DNA of 64,000 nt from an uncultured delta proteobacterium (GTDB taxonomy: Bacteria; Desulfobacterota; Binatia; UBA9968): the NCBI GenBank assembly GCA_963816145.1, contig CAWFJP010000011.1:64001-128000 (forward strand), given 5' to 3'. The stretch's first letter is position 1, and each line of letters starts with the position of its first letter. Below the pieces are notes generated by a model. The model saw nothing but the letters and a program-made list of their open reading frames with translations, did no database searches and was not told where the DNA came from. The translations under genes and the position numbers were made by a program. Positions 1 to 8,158 of this stretch are shown piece after piece.

Positions 1-211
1 TATCGGGATTGGAGTTCTTATAGGGCATCATCACGCCCATAACATTTTTCGGCCCCAACGCTTCAGCCGCCAACATCGCGCTCAACGCCGAATCGACACC
101 GCCGGAAAGCCCGACCACCACGCGCACAAGCCCGGTCTTACGTACTTCATTACGAATGAATGCGACGAGTATCTGGCGCAGTAAAACGGTGTTAATCGGG
201 ATCTGAATCAT
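1..211 (-). CDS. nadE: NAD+ synthetase, synthetase subunit (5' part only; runs off window edge)
   Basis: Manual translation from ATG at 211 gives [53 protein letters not shown], with the SGGxDS PP-loop motif. Not in the ORF track. Confidence 0.9.
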   Translation of the reverse strand, partial: MIQIPINTVLLRQILVAFIRNEVRKTGLVRVVVGLSGGVDSALSAMLAAEALGPKNVMGVMMPYKNSNPD

Positions 212-266
212 CGCAAGGTAGTCGGTGGATAGTTCGTCGGGCCAGCAAGAGAGCTTGACCTGCAGG

Positions 267-1181
267 TTATTTCTTCTTGGCGGTTCTCCGGTCTTGAACC
301 TTTGAACCTTTGAACTTTCGAACGATCTCCGCCCCCGGCCGCTCGCGGATACGCATCAGCTCATTGATCGTCAGATCCAAATCCTCGTCGCGCAACAGCG
401 GCGACATGGTGCGTTTGCGCCGCACCGCCTCGAAGCCGGCATCGATGGCGATGAAGTCCTCTTCGTAATAGCGCGCCTTGGCGAGCCGCTCGCCGAAGGG
501 ATCGACGATCTCGGAGCCGCCCCAGAAGCCGACACCGTCTTCGAATCCACAGCGGTTACCGTAGACCATGAACAGACTGTAGGTTTCGGCATAAACATGA
601 TTGAGCATCTCCCAGTAGCGCGCGTTGTCGTCCTGGCTCTGCTGATCGACGATGCCGCGCAGCGGACTGGCCGACGGACAGAGCACCGCCAGGGCGCCAT
701 CCAAAGCGGCCAAATATATCGTCGATGGGTGCCAGAGATCTTCACAGATCAACAGCGCCATGCGACCGAACTTGGAGTCGAACGCGCGCACCCGGTCGCC
801 GCGGGCGAAATAGCGCTGTTCGTCGAACATGCCGTAGGTCGGTAGATAGACTTTGCGGTGCACATGCCGCACTGCGCCATCCTCGAAATAGACCGCCGAG
901 TTGAAGAACCTATGGTCGGGGCTCTCTTCGACAAGCCCCGCGACGAAGGCGAGCTTGCGGCTGAGCGCCGTGAGCTGCTTGATCTCTGGCGAATCCAGTT
1001 TCAACGCTACCGCCGGCACGGTGTCGCGCAGCATGTAGCCGGTGAGACTCAATTCAGGGAATAATAACAGTTGGGCTTTGTCATCGGCGGCGTGACCGAT
1101 GCGCTCTTTATACAACGCCAGGTTAGCCTGGAGGTCGCCAAGTCTTGGGTTGACCTGGCCGATAGCGATGCGGATGGACAC
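267..1181 (-). CDS. Nitrilase/carbon-nitrogen hydrolase; probable stand-alone glutaminase subunit of NAD synthetase
   Basis: E-K-C triad motifs FPEL, HRKVYLP, ICEDLW; [10 protein letters not shown] motif; directly upstream of nadE. Start uncertain (GTG 1181 or 1205). Confidence 0.85.
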   Translation of the reverse strand: MSIRIAIGQVNPRLGDLQANLALYKERIGHAADDKAQLLLFPELSLTGYMLRDTVPAVALKLDSPEIKQLTALSRKLAFVAGLVEESPDHRFFNSAVYFEDGAVRHVHRKVYLPTYGMFDEQRYFARGDRVRAFDSKFGRMALLICEDLWHPSTIYLAALDGALAVLCPSASPLRGIVDQQSQDDNARYWEMLNHVYAETYSLFMVYGNRCGFEDGVGFWGGSEIVDPFGERLAKARYYEEDFIAIDAGFEAVRRKRTMSPLLRDEDLDLTINELMRIRERPGAEIVRKFKGSKVQDRRTAKKK

Positions 1182-1327
1182 GAGAAGTTCTCCGTCTGCG
1201 AGCAAGCTAGAAATAAATTCTCACGAAACTAACATAGGCCTCACCATACTTGCAATTTGCACCAGCCGCGCTTAACTTGATGAAGGCGACCGAGCGAAGC
1301 GTTTCCCGGCGTTCTGAGCGCAAACCC

Positions 1328-1552
1328 ATGGCAGAAAAGGTCACGATATACGGTCAAGACCTATGAGCTTTTACTTCGGGAGCCCGTGCGGACTTCTCCC
1401 GGCGTAAAGTGCCCTTCGACTACGTCAACGTCTTGGAAGACGACGCCGGACTCCAGCGGATGATGCAATTGACCAACGGCAGGCGGAAGATTCCCGTGAT
1501 CGTCCAAGACGGTAAGGTTACCGTCGGCTTCGGCGGCACCTGAGAGGTCTGA
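1328..1552 (+). CDS. Glutaredoxin-like UXX-star-type selenoprotein, 74 aa, with two Sec residues (U13, U72)
   Basis: MAEKVTIYGQDL-U-AFTSGARADFSRRKVPFDYVNVLEDDAGLQRMMQLTNGRRKIPVIVQDGKVTVGFGGT-U-EV*. In-frame TGA at 1364 and 1541; glutaredoxin-like IPVI...GF motif; a hairpin follows each TGA. Confidence 0.85.
1370..1408 (+). promoter_or_regulatory. Candidate bacterial SECIS element for first UGA
   Basis: TTTAC/GTAAA and CGGGAG/CTCCCG stems with a G-starting apical loop, just 3' of TGA 1364-1366. Confidence 0.6.
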
Positions 1553-2704
1553 ATGACCGACGGCGTCGGCCACCCATGCAAGATCACCGGCTCAGAAGTA
1601 ACCGTTAGCGAAACTCTAAATTCACCCTTGGCTGAAACCATCGCTCAACTGATTGCCGAGAAAGTCGTCGTGCTTTTCGGCCCCAACGCCGCAATCACCG
1701 GTATCACCGCCTTGCCCGGCGACGCTTCGACTCGGCGCTACTACCGCGTGCACCTAGCCAACGCCGGCGCACCGGCATCGCTGATGGCGATGCAACTGCC
1801 CGCCGGCAGCGGCCTGCCGATCTCCAGCGAGGAGTTGGCAGTTTTCAAGGACGATCTCAAGGAATTGCCGTTCTTAAACGTGCACCGGTTTCTCGATGGC
1901 GTCGGCGTCAGAGTGCCTAAGATCTACGGACAATGGGAAGCCGACGGCATTCTGCTCCTCGAAGACTTGGGCGATACTACGCTATGGGATCAGGTGCGGG
2001 GATTGCCCGAAAGCGAAGTGATCGGCTGGTACAAAAAAGCCATCGACGAACTTTTGCGCATACAAATCGCCGGGACCGAAAACCGTGACGACTCCTGCCG
2101 CGCTTTTCAGCAACGCTTCGACGAAAAACTTTACCTGTGGGAATTCGAGCACTTTATCGAATGGGGTCTGGAAAAGCGGCCTGGCGCCAAGGTCACCACG
2201 AAGGCCGTTGCGACCCTGCGCGAAACTTTCGCCGCCATCGCCCAAACCCTCGACCGCGAACCACCCTGCCTCAACCACCGCGATTACCATAGCTGGAATC
2301 TGATGATCCATGACGGGGCGGTATGCGTCATCGATTTTCAAGACGCCTTGCTCGCGCCGGCGCAATACGATCTCGCCTCGCTGTTGAACGATCGCATCAC
2401 CGACGCCGTCGTCCGGCCGCACATCGAACCGCAACTGGTCGATTACTATCTCGAAAAATCTATTGATTTATCGGGCCGCGGCCGGTCGCGCCAGGAGTTC
2501 TTCGAAATTTATCGCCTGTCGGCGATCCAACGCGATTTGAAAGTGGTCGGCCGCTTCTATTTTCTCGATCTGGTCAAGGGCAAACCAGGCTACATGAAAT
2601 TTGTCCCGCCCACTGTGCGCCGGCTTCAGCGTAATCTGGCGCAAGTGGCGCAGACTCAACCGATCCTGGCGCTCTTGAGCGAACATTTTGAGGCGATGCT
2701 TTGA
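1553..2704 (+). CDS. amgK: Anomeric MurNAc/GlcNAc kinase (APH-family phosphotransferase)
   Basis: GDASTRRYYR, LLEDLGD, HRDYHSWNL, IDFQDA and QRDLKVVGRF motifs; adjacent to a nucleotidyltransferase. True start may be TTG 1628. Confidence 0.8.
   Translation: MTDGVGHPCKITGSEVTVSETLNSPLAETIAQLIAEKVVVLFGPNAAITGITALPGDASTRRYYRVHLANAGAPASLMAMQLPAGSGLPISSEELAVFKDDLKELPFLNVHRFLDGVGVRVPKIYGQWEADGILLLEDLGDTTLWDQVRGLPESEVIGWYKKAIDELLRIQIAGTENRDDSCRAFQQRFDEKLYLWEFEHFIEWGLEKRPGAKVTTKAVATLRETFAAIAQTLDREPPCLNHRDYHSWNLMIHDGAVCVIDFQDALLAPAQYDLASLLNDRITDAVVRPHIEPQLVDYYLEKSIDLSGRGRSRQEFFEIYRLSAIQRDLKVVGRFYFLDLVKGKPGYMKFVPPTVRRLQRNLAQVAQTQPILALLSEHFEAML
1557..1569 (+). promoter_or_regulatory. Candidate SECIS element for second UGA
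   Basis: CCGAC-GGC-GTCGG hairpin; loop about 18 nt after TGA 1541-1543. Confidence 0.45.
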
Positions 2705-2725
2705 AGGCGCCCGCCAAAAAATGCC

Positions 2726-2812
2726 AATGCAGAGAGCAAATTGCAAAAGGCAAAAGTAGAAATCACGATCGGAATTTTGCACTTTGCAGTCTCCATTCTG
2801 CATTTTGCTTTT
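2726..2812. repeat. Heptamer-periodic imperfect inverted repeat (nnnGCAA / TTTGCA units)
   Basis: aatgcag-agagcaa-attgcaa-aaggcaa ... ttttgca-ctttgca-gtctcca-ttctgca-ttttgct between amgK and murU. Confidence 0.75.
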
Positions 2813-2831
2813 CCCAAGACCGAGGCCTGTC

Positions 2832-3575
2832 ATGAAAGCGATGGTGTTGGCCGCCGGCCAAGGGACGCGCCTGCGGCCGATCACCGATCGCATGCCCAAA
2901 GCGCTGGTGCCGGTGGCCGGCCGGCCGATGATCGAGTTTGCCTTGCTGCTGCTGCGCCGTTACGGCGTTCGCGATATCGTCATCAACTTGCATCATTTCG
3001 GCACCCAGATCGAAGATCATCTGGGCGATGGCCAACGTTTCAATGTCAACATCAGCTATTCCCGTGAGACCGAGCTGCTGGAAACCGGCGGCGGGCTGCT
3101 CAAAGCCAAAGCCTTTTTGCAACACGGCACGTTCATAGTCATCAACACCGACGCCTTGATCGACGTCGACCTGGCGGCGGTGCTAAACGACCATCGGCGG
3201 AACAATGCGGCGGCAACACTGGTGCTCCGCCCTGATGCCGAAGCCGACCGTTACGGCTCCATCGATATCGACGCCGACGGCCGTATCTGTCGTTTTCTCG
3301 AACACCGCTTCCCAGGCCAGCCGGTTGGCGCCATCAAAAAACTAATGTTCACCGGTGTGCAGGTTCTCGAGCCGCGGGTGTTCGATTACATGGACGGCGG
3401 CAGCCTGAAAAAATTCAGCACCACCAGAGAAACCTATCCGCGCATGTTACGCGCCGGCGAGCGGCTTTACGGCTATTGTTTCAAAGGCTTCTGGCAGGAT
3501 CTTGGCACCAGGGAACGAATCAACGAGGTGGAACAAAAGCTCAGCAATGGCCAGGCAAAATTGGATTTTTTATGA
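2832..3575 (+). CDS. murU: Nucleotidyltransferase, probable MurNAc-alpha-1-phosphate uridylyltransferase
   Basis: MKAMVLAAGQGTRLRPIT...PKALVPV, LLETGGG, WQDLGT; follows amgK. Confidence 0.75.
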   Translation: MKAMVLAAGQGTRLRPITDRMPKALVPVAGRPMIEFALLLLRRYGVRDIVINLHHFGTQIEDHLGDGQRFNVNISYSRETELLETGGGLLKAKAFLQHGTFIVINTDALIDVDLAAVLNDHRRNNAAATLVLRPDAEADRYGSIDIDADGRICRFLEHRFPGQPVGAIKKLMFTGVQVLEPRVFDYMDGGSLKKFSTTRETYPRMLRAGERLYGYCFKGFWQDLGTRERINEVEQKLSNGQAKLDFL

Positions 3576-3757
3576 GCAGCGGAATCGGACCTGCGAAACC
3601 TGTACACCTCGCGGACGCGTGTTAACGAATTTGGCAGATTTTGCGCGCTGCAGTTCGACAGGTTCGCTGCTTTCGCCGGTAAATCTTGCCAATCTTTTTG
3701 GCTGAAAACTTGCTACAATCTGCCAACAGCCAACGATTGCACCGTAACGGCTAAACC

Positions 3758-4660
3758 ATGCTCGACCGAATCATCACTGATCTGCAGCAAAACCAAAACC
3801 CGGATGGCGGCTGGGGCTCCCTGCGCGATAAGCGCAGTAATACCGAGTCAACTGCATTAGCCGTCATGGCGCTGAAAGCGCTAGCCGAAACCACCGCAGC
3901 GGATAACCGCAAACGCGGCATCGATTGGTTGGTCCGCCATCAAAACCAAGATCATAGCTGGCCGCTCAACGAAGCCGCAAAAGAAGGCTCATGGACAACG
4001 GCATTGGCAATCACCGCTCTCGCCGATAATGCGGAGAACAGCGAACGCGTACTCGCCGCTGCCCGTTGGCTGCTCGAGCAAGAGGGCAGCAAGCCCGGCA
4101 TTCTCGCCGAGATCATTTTATGGGCTACCGGCAAGTCGAAGGTCAACAAAGTCAACAACGATCTCATTGGCTGGTCTTGGGTGCCGAATTCATTTAGCTG
4201 GGTGGAACCGACCAGCTATGCGATGATCGCCGTCAAGAAATTGCGCGCTCGCCTCGCCGGTACCCATGTCGACGAGCGCATCCGCCAAGCTAGTGCCATG
4301 ATCTACGATCGCATGTGCAACGGCGGCGGCTGGAACTACGGCAACTCGAAAGTCTTGGATTACGCGCTCTGGCCTTATCCGGACATTACCGCAATAGCCT
4401 TGATCGCCCTGCAAGATCATGCGCGCGAGAAAGCCAATCAGGAAAGTTTGCCAGTCTTAATCAAACTTGCCCGCGAAACCGATTCCGGTTTGGCGCTCTG
4501 TTGGGCAGCCATTTGTCTCAATCTTTACGGGCAGGATAATTCCGACTTTCAGAGACAGATCGAGAAGCGCTTCGCGTCCAGTGCTTTTCTCGGCGAAACC
4601 AAGAGCCTGGCACTGGCGATAATCGCGTTGAGCAGCAAAGCCAATCCATTTCGCATTTAG
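3758..4660 (+). CDS. Prenyltransferase/squalene-oxidase (QW-like) repeat protein
   Basis: Repeated QNPDGGWG, QNQDHSWP and NGGGWNYG motifs of alpha/alpha-barrel terpene cyclase/prenyltransferase repeats. Confidence 0.75.
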   Translation: MLDRIITDLQQNQNPDGGWGSLRDKRSNTESTALAVMALKALAETTAADNRKRGIDWLVRHQNQDHSWPLNEAAKEGSWTTALAITALADNAENSERVLAAARWLLEQEGSKPGILAEIILWATGKSKVNKVNNDLIGWSWVPNSFSWVEPTSYAMIAVKKLRARLAGTHVDERIRQASAMIYDRMCNGGGWNYGNSKVLDYALWPYPDITAIALIALQDHAREKANQESLPVLIKLARETDSGLALCWAAICLNLYGQDNSDFQRQIEKRFASSAFLGETKSLALAIIALSSKANPFRI

Positions 4661-4674
4661 GATCCCAGGATATT

Positions 4675-5670
4675 ATGATGCGCCGTAGAGCTTTTCTTAA
4701 ATATACCGCCTTGGGTTCGCTCGGCACGACGCTTGCCGGCTGCCAATCGTCGGGGCACTGGCAGCGCGAAGCATTTCGCAAGAAAGCCATCTCGCGGGTC
4801 GCCGTCTTGGGGGCCAAGACTTACGACCAGCCGCTCAAGGACGTGATACTGCGAGGCATCAAGCTTTGCGGATTGCAGGTCGCAGGAAAACGAATCGTCT
4901 TGAAGCCGAATTTGGTCGAATTCGATCCCAAAGGCGTGATCAATACCAACCCGGCAGTCATCGAGGCAGCCATCGACGCCTTCCAAACGCTCGGAGCTGC
5001 CACAGTGAGCGTCGCCGAAGGACCGGGCCACCGGCGCGACAACGAGTATCTACTGTCAGCGTCGGGACTCTATGATGTCATACGCGATCACCAAGTCCGC
5101 TACCTCGATCTTAATACCGACGACGTTCGAGCTACCCCGGTGCGTAGCGACTATACCCGCTTCAAGCAACTGTACCTGCCGGAGACATTATTCAACAGCG
5201 ACCTGCTGGTTTCGATGCCGAAACTGAAAACCCATCATTGGGCCGGGGTGACGTTATCGATGAAAAACATGTTCGGCATCGTTCCCGGGGCGGTCTACGG
5301 TTGGCCGAAGAATATTCTTCACTGGCAAGGCATCGACAACAGCATATTGGATATCAACAGCTCCCTGCCGCTGCCGCAGTTCGCCATCGTCGACGGCATC
5401 GTCGGCATGCAGGGCAACGGCCCGCTACAAGGCCAGGCCAAAGCCAGCGGCGTGCTAGTCTTCGGCGATGATTTTGTGTCGGTGGACGCCAGCGCGGCAA
5501 GGCTTATGAAACTCGAACCGCGCAAGATCAATTATTTGGCCAAGGCCGATGAGTTCCTCGGCAACCTGGCCTACGAAAGAATCGAACAGATCGGCGAGAA
5601 ACTTGAAAAATTCGAGCAAGACTTCGACGTAATCGAAAGCCTGGAATATTTGAAAAAAATCACCGGCTGA
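4675..5670 (+). CDS. DUF362 domain protein with Tat-like signal and lipobox
   Basis: VLKPNL, PKLKTH, TLSMKN and VDGIVGMQGNGP motifs; N-terminus RRRAFLK...LAGC. Confidence 0.8.
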   Translation: MMRRRAFLKYTALGSLGTTLAGCQSSGHWQREAFRKKAISRVAVLGAKTYDQPLKDVILRGIKLCGLQVAGKRIVLKPNLVEFDPKGVINTNPAVIEAAIDAFQTLGAATVSVAEGPGHRRDNEYLLSASGLYDVIRDHQVRYLDLNTDDVRATPVRSDYTRFKQLYLPETLFNSDLLVSMPKLKTHHWAGVTLSMKNMFGIVPGAVYGWPKNILHWQGIDNSILDINSSLPLPQFAIVDGIVGMQGNGPLQGQAKASGVLVFGDDFVSVDASAARLMKLEPRKINYLAKADEFLGNLAYERIEQIGEKLEKFEQDFDVIESLEYLKKITG

Positions 5671-5715
5671 AGCGATAGGGATAAATTAACCAACGCCGCG
5701 CGCGACTGCGCAGCA

Positions 5716-6276
5716 TTAGTTGCGTGCCATGATGACACCGCAGGCGGCGCGATCGCCGGCGTTTCCAGTCGGATCGGTGGTATGATCGTCAACGCCGGCA
5801 TGCACAACCAAGGCACTGCCATCGGCATCAAAGACTGAGTTTGCACCGGACCGAAGCGTGACGGCGTCGGTTAGAGCTTCAAAACGGCCCGAGCCATCCT
5901 TTGCCACAAGCATGTTCGGCAGATCACCGGCGTGGGCGCCATCTGGGCTCTTGTAGCCATGTTTCTTCTGCGCTGGATTGAAGTGTCCACCGGCGCTGGT
6001 AAACGCCGGAGCCTCACACTTACCGACTGCGTGGATGTGCACCGCATGGAGGCCGGCGCTGAGCCCTTTGACTTCCACCCTCACCCGCACGCCGTTGCCG
6101 GCTTCGGTAAACGACGCCGTCCCGACGCTTTTGCCGTCCTTGTCCTTGAGTTCGGCCGTCGCTCGCTCGTCGGAGCCGATGGTTGAACAACCCGCGCCGG
6201 CAACCAGTGACCAGACGCAAATGGTGAAGATCGACGTCCATGATTGCAGCGCTTTGTAGTTCTTTGAAGTATGCAT
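5716..6276 (-). CDS. sodC: Cu/Zn superoxide dismutase (probable lipoprotein)
   Basis: HAVHIH, SAGGHFNP, HAGDLPN, LVVHA and GNAGDRAACGVI motifs. Start uncertain. Confidence 0.92.
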   Translation of the reverse strand: MHTSKNYKALQSWTSIFTICVWSLVAGAGCSTIGSDERATAELKDKDGKSVGTASFTEAGNGVRVRVEVKGLSAGLHAVHIHAVGKCEAPAFTSAGGHFNPAQKKHGYKSPDGAHAGDLPNMLVAKDGSGRFEALTDAVTLRSGANSVFDADGSALVVHAGVDDHTTDPTGNAGDRAACGVIMARN

Positions 6277-6415
6277 ACGAAATATCGATACCATCCATCG
6301 ATGTCACACGCAATCCACTCAGCACAAACGCCAACTCATGAGCGCACCGTCGGCATCGGCGTAGCCGTTGATTGCGGCGCATTCGGGCCTATGGTAGCTT
6401 TCGACGTTATTTATT

Positions 6416-7135
6416 ATGTCCGCACTAGCCATCTATCTGCCCACGGTTGTTTTCATCTCGCTGCTGGGCGGATTCCTGCCCTTGATGCGGGCGTTGTCAC
6501 AGCGGGCGCTCGCGCTACTGCTCAGTTTTAGCGCTGGCGTCCTGCTCGGCGCGGTGTTTTTTCACATGTTGCCGGAAGTCGGTAATCTGCTTGGTGCCAA
6601 CCTCGGCCTGCCGGTTTTAGCCGGTTTCCTGCTGATCTTTGTCATGGAACGTTTCGTATTCGTGCATGCCTGCGAAGAGCATGATTGCGATATCCATCAG
6701 ATGGGGATTCCAGCATTTCTTGGGATTTCGCTGCACAGCCTGCTCGACGGTATTGCGCTTGGCGCCGGGCTCATTCTGCCACAACTTGGCCCGGTGGTGT
6801 TGCTCGCCGTAATTATTCACAAAATGCCCGACAGCATGTCGATCTCATCGATCCTGCTTTCCGCAGGCTGGGATCGCCACAAGGTCGGCAAGTTGAATCT
6901 GTTGTTTTCGCTCACCACGCCGATCGGCGCGCTACTGGCATTTTTATGCTTCCGCGCGCTCTCGCCGGAGAATGTCGCCATCGCCATCGGCTTGTCCGCC
7001 GGTACCTTCCTCGCCATCGCCACAGCCGACATTTTGCCGCAAGTGCACCGCATCGAGCAGCGCAATCCCATGACTCTGGTTTTTCTTGCAATTGGCTTAG
7101 CGGTCAGCTGGATGGGCGCGTTATTGGCCCATTAG
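6416..7135 (+). CDS. ZIP family divalent metal (Zn) transporter
   Basis: SFSAGVLL, HSLLDG and IIHKMPD motifs; multiple TM helices; His/Cys loop HACEEHDCDIH. Confidence 0.88.
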   Translation: MSALAIYLPTVVFISLLGGFLPLMRALSQRALALLLSFSAGVLLGAVFFHMLPEVGNLLGANLGLPVLAGFLLIFVMERFVFVHACEEHDCDIHQMGIPAFLGISLHSLLDGIALGAGLILPQLGPVVLLAVIIHKMPDSMSISSILLSAGWDRHKVGKLNLLFSLTTPIGALLAFLCFRALSPENVAIAIGLSAGTFLAIATADILPQVHRIEQRNPMTLVFLAIGLAVSWMGALLAH

Positions 7136-7161
7136 GCGGGTTGCCACCAGCTATTCGACGC

Positions 7162-7905
7162 TTACAATTTATATTTGCCGGTTTGGAGATTGCGCCGCAC
7201 GGTGAAGGTATCGCCGAGGACGTGGAGATAGTCCAACATTCTAACATGGCTGCGGTCGTCGTTGAGCCAAAGCGCCGGAACAATGCCGATCTTATATTTG
7301 AGCCGTTGCGCCAACGCCAATACTTCAATATCGAACCCCCAACGGTCGACAGTGGTCTGCGAAAAAATCCGCTCCGCCGCCTCGGCACGAAAGGCCTTGA
7401 AGCCGCACTGGGTATCCCAGATGCCCGGCACCGCGGCAATCTGGACAATCCGATTACCCAGCCGACCGATGGCGCGCTTGTACCAAGCTTGAGACACCAC
7501 CTGCACCGCCCCAGGCGCGTCCGCCTCATTGCGTGACGCGATAACGATATCGCAGCCTTGGTCAAACAGCGGCTTCATCTTGTCGAAGTGGGCAATGTCG
7601 GTTGAGTTGTCCGCATCGGTAAATAGCCGGATCTGACCGCGAGCTGCGAGCATCCCCTCCTTGACCGTGTAGCCTTTGCCGCGATTCGATCGCCGATCAA
7701 TGATCTTAAGGCATTCGATTTCGCTGGAAAGGCGCTGCACGACATCAAATGTAGCATCGGTTGGGCCATCGAGATCAACGAGGATCTCGTAGGTTAAGGA
7801 ACTGGCTGCGAGATACTCATGAAGGCGGCTCAAAGTCTTCGGCAGCCTGTTAGCCTCGTTATAGGCGGGAACGACGACGGAAAGAGCGATGGCGGATTGC
7901 GTCAT
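7162..7905 (-). CDS. GT2 polyprenyl/dolichyl-phosphate glycosyltransferase (DPG-synthase-like)
   Basis: SVVVPAYNE, NRGKG, FTDAD, DTQCGFKAF and WGFDIEVL motifs. Confidence 0.88.
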   Translation of the reverse strand: MTQSAIALSVVVPAYNEANRLPKTLSRLHEYLAASSLTYEILVDLDGPTDATFDVVQRLSSEIECLKIIDRRSNRGKGYTVKEGMLAARGQIRLFTDADNSTDIAHFDKMKPLFDQGCDIVIASRNEADAPGAVQVVSQAWYKRAIGRLGNRIVQIAAVPGIWDTQCGFKAFRAEAAERIFSQTTVDRWGFDIEVLALAQRLKYKIGIVPALWLNDDRSHVRMLDYLHVLGDTFTVRRNLQTGKYKL

Positions 7906-8158
7906 GGAAACTTTAGAGGATGGAATGATACCAAGATCTAACATCGGTCCGGCAAGAGTTCCACAATTTTCTTGCATTGTTTGTCTCATCGCTGACTTTC
8001 CTGTAAATGAAGCCTGAATGGCCCATCCGCGCAAAAGAGATAGCTAGAGAGGGAGGCTTAACGTAGCGATAACCTCGTAAACTACGAAGTATACCTCCTA
8101 GATTGAAGCTCGCTGAATCGCACTTTCTGCCTAAGATATACAATTCCTAGCTAATAAC

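Noticed and set aside
1361-1641. Minus-strand ORFs 1361-1573 and 1420-1641
   Set aside because: Antisense shadows of the plus-strand selenoprotein, which has the recognisable fold motifs.
3758-4660. Squalene-hopene cyclase
   Set aside because: Only 300 aa (single domain) and no DxDD catalytic motif.
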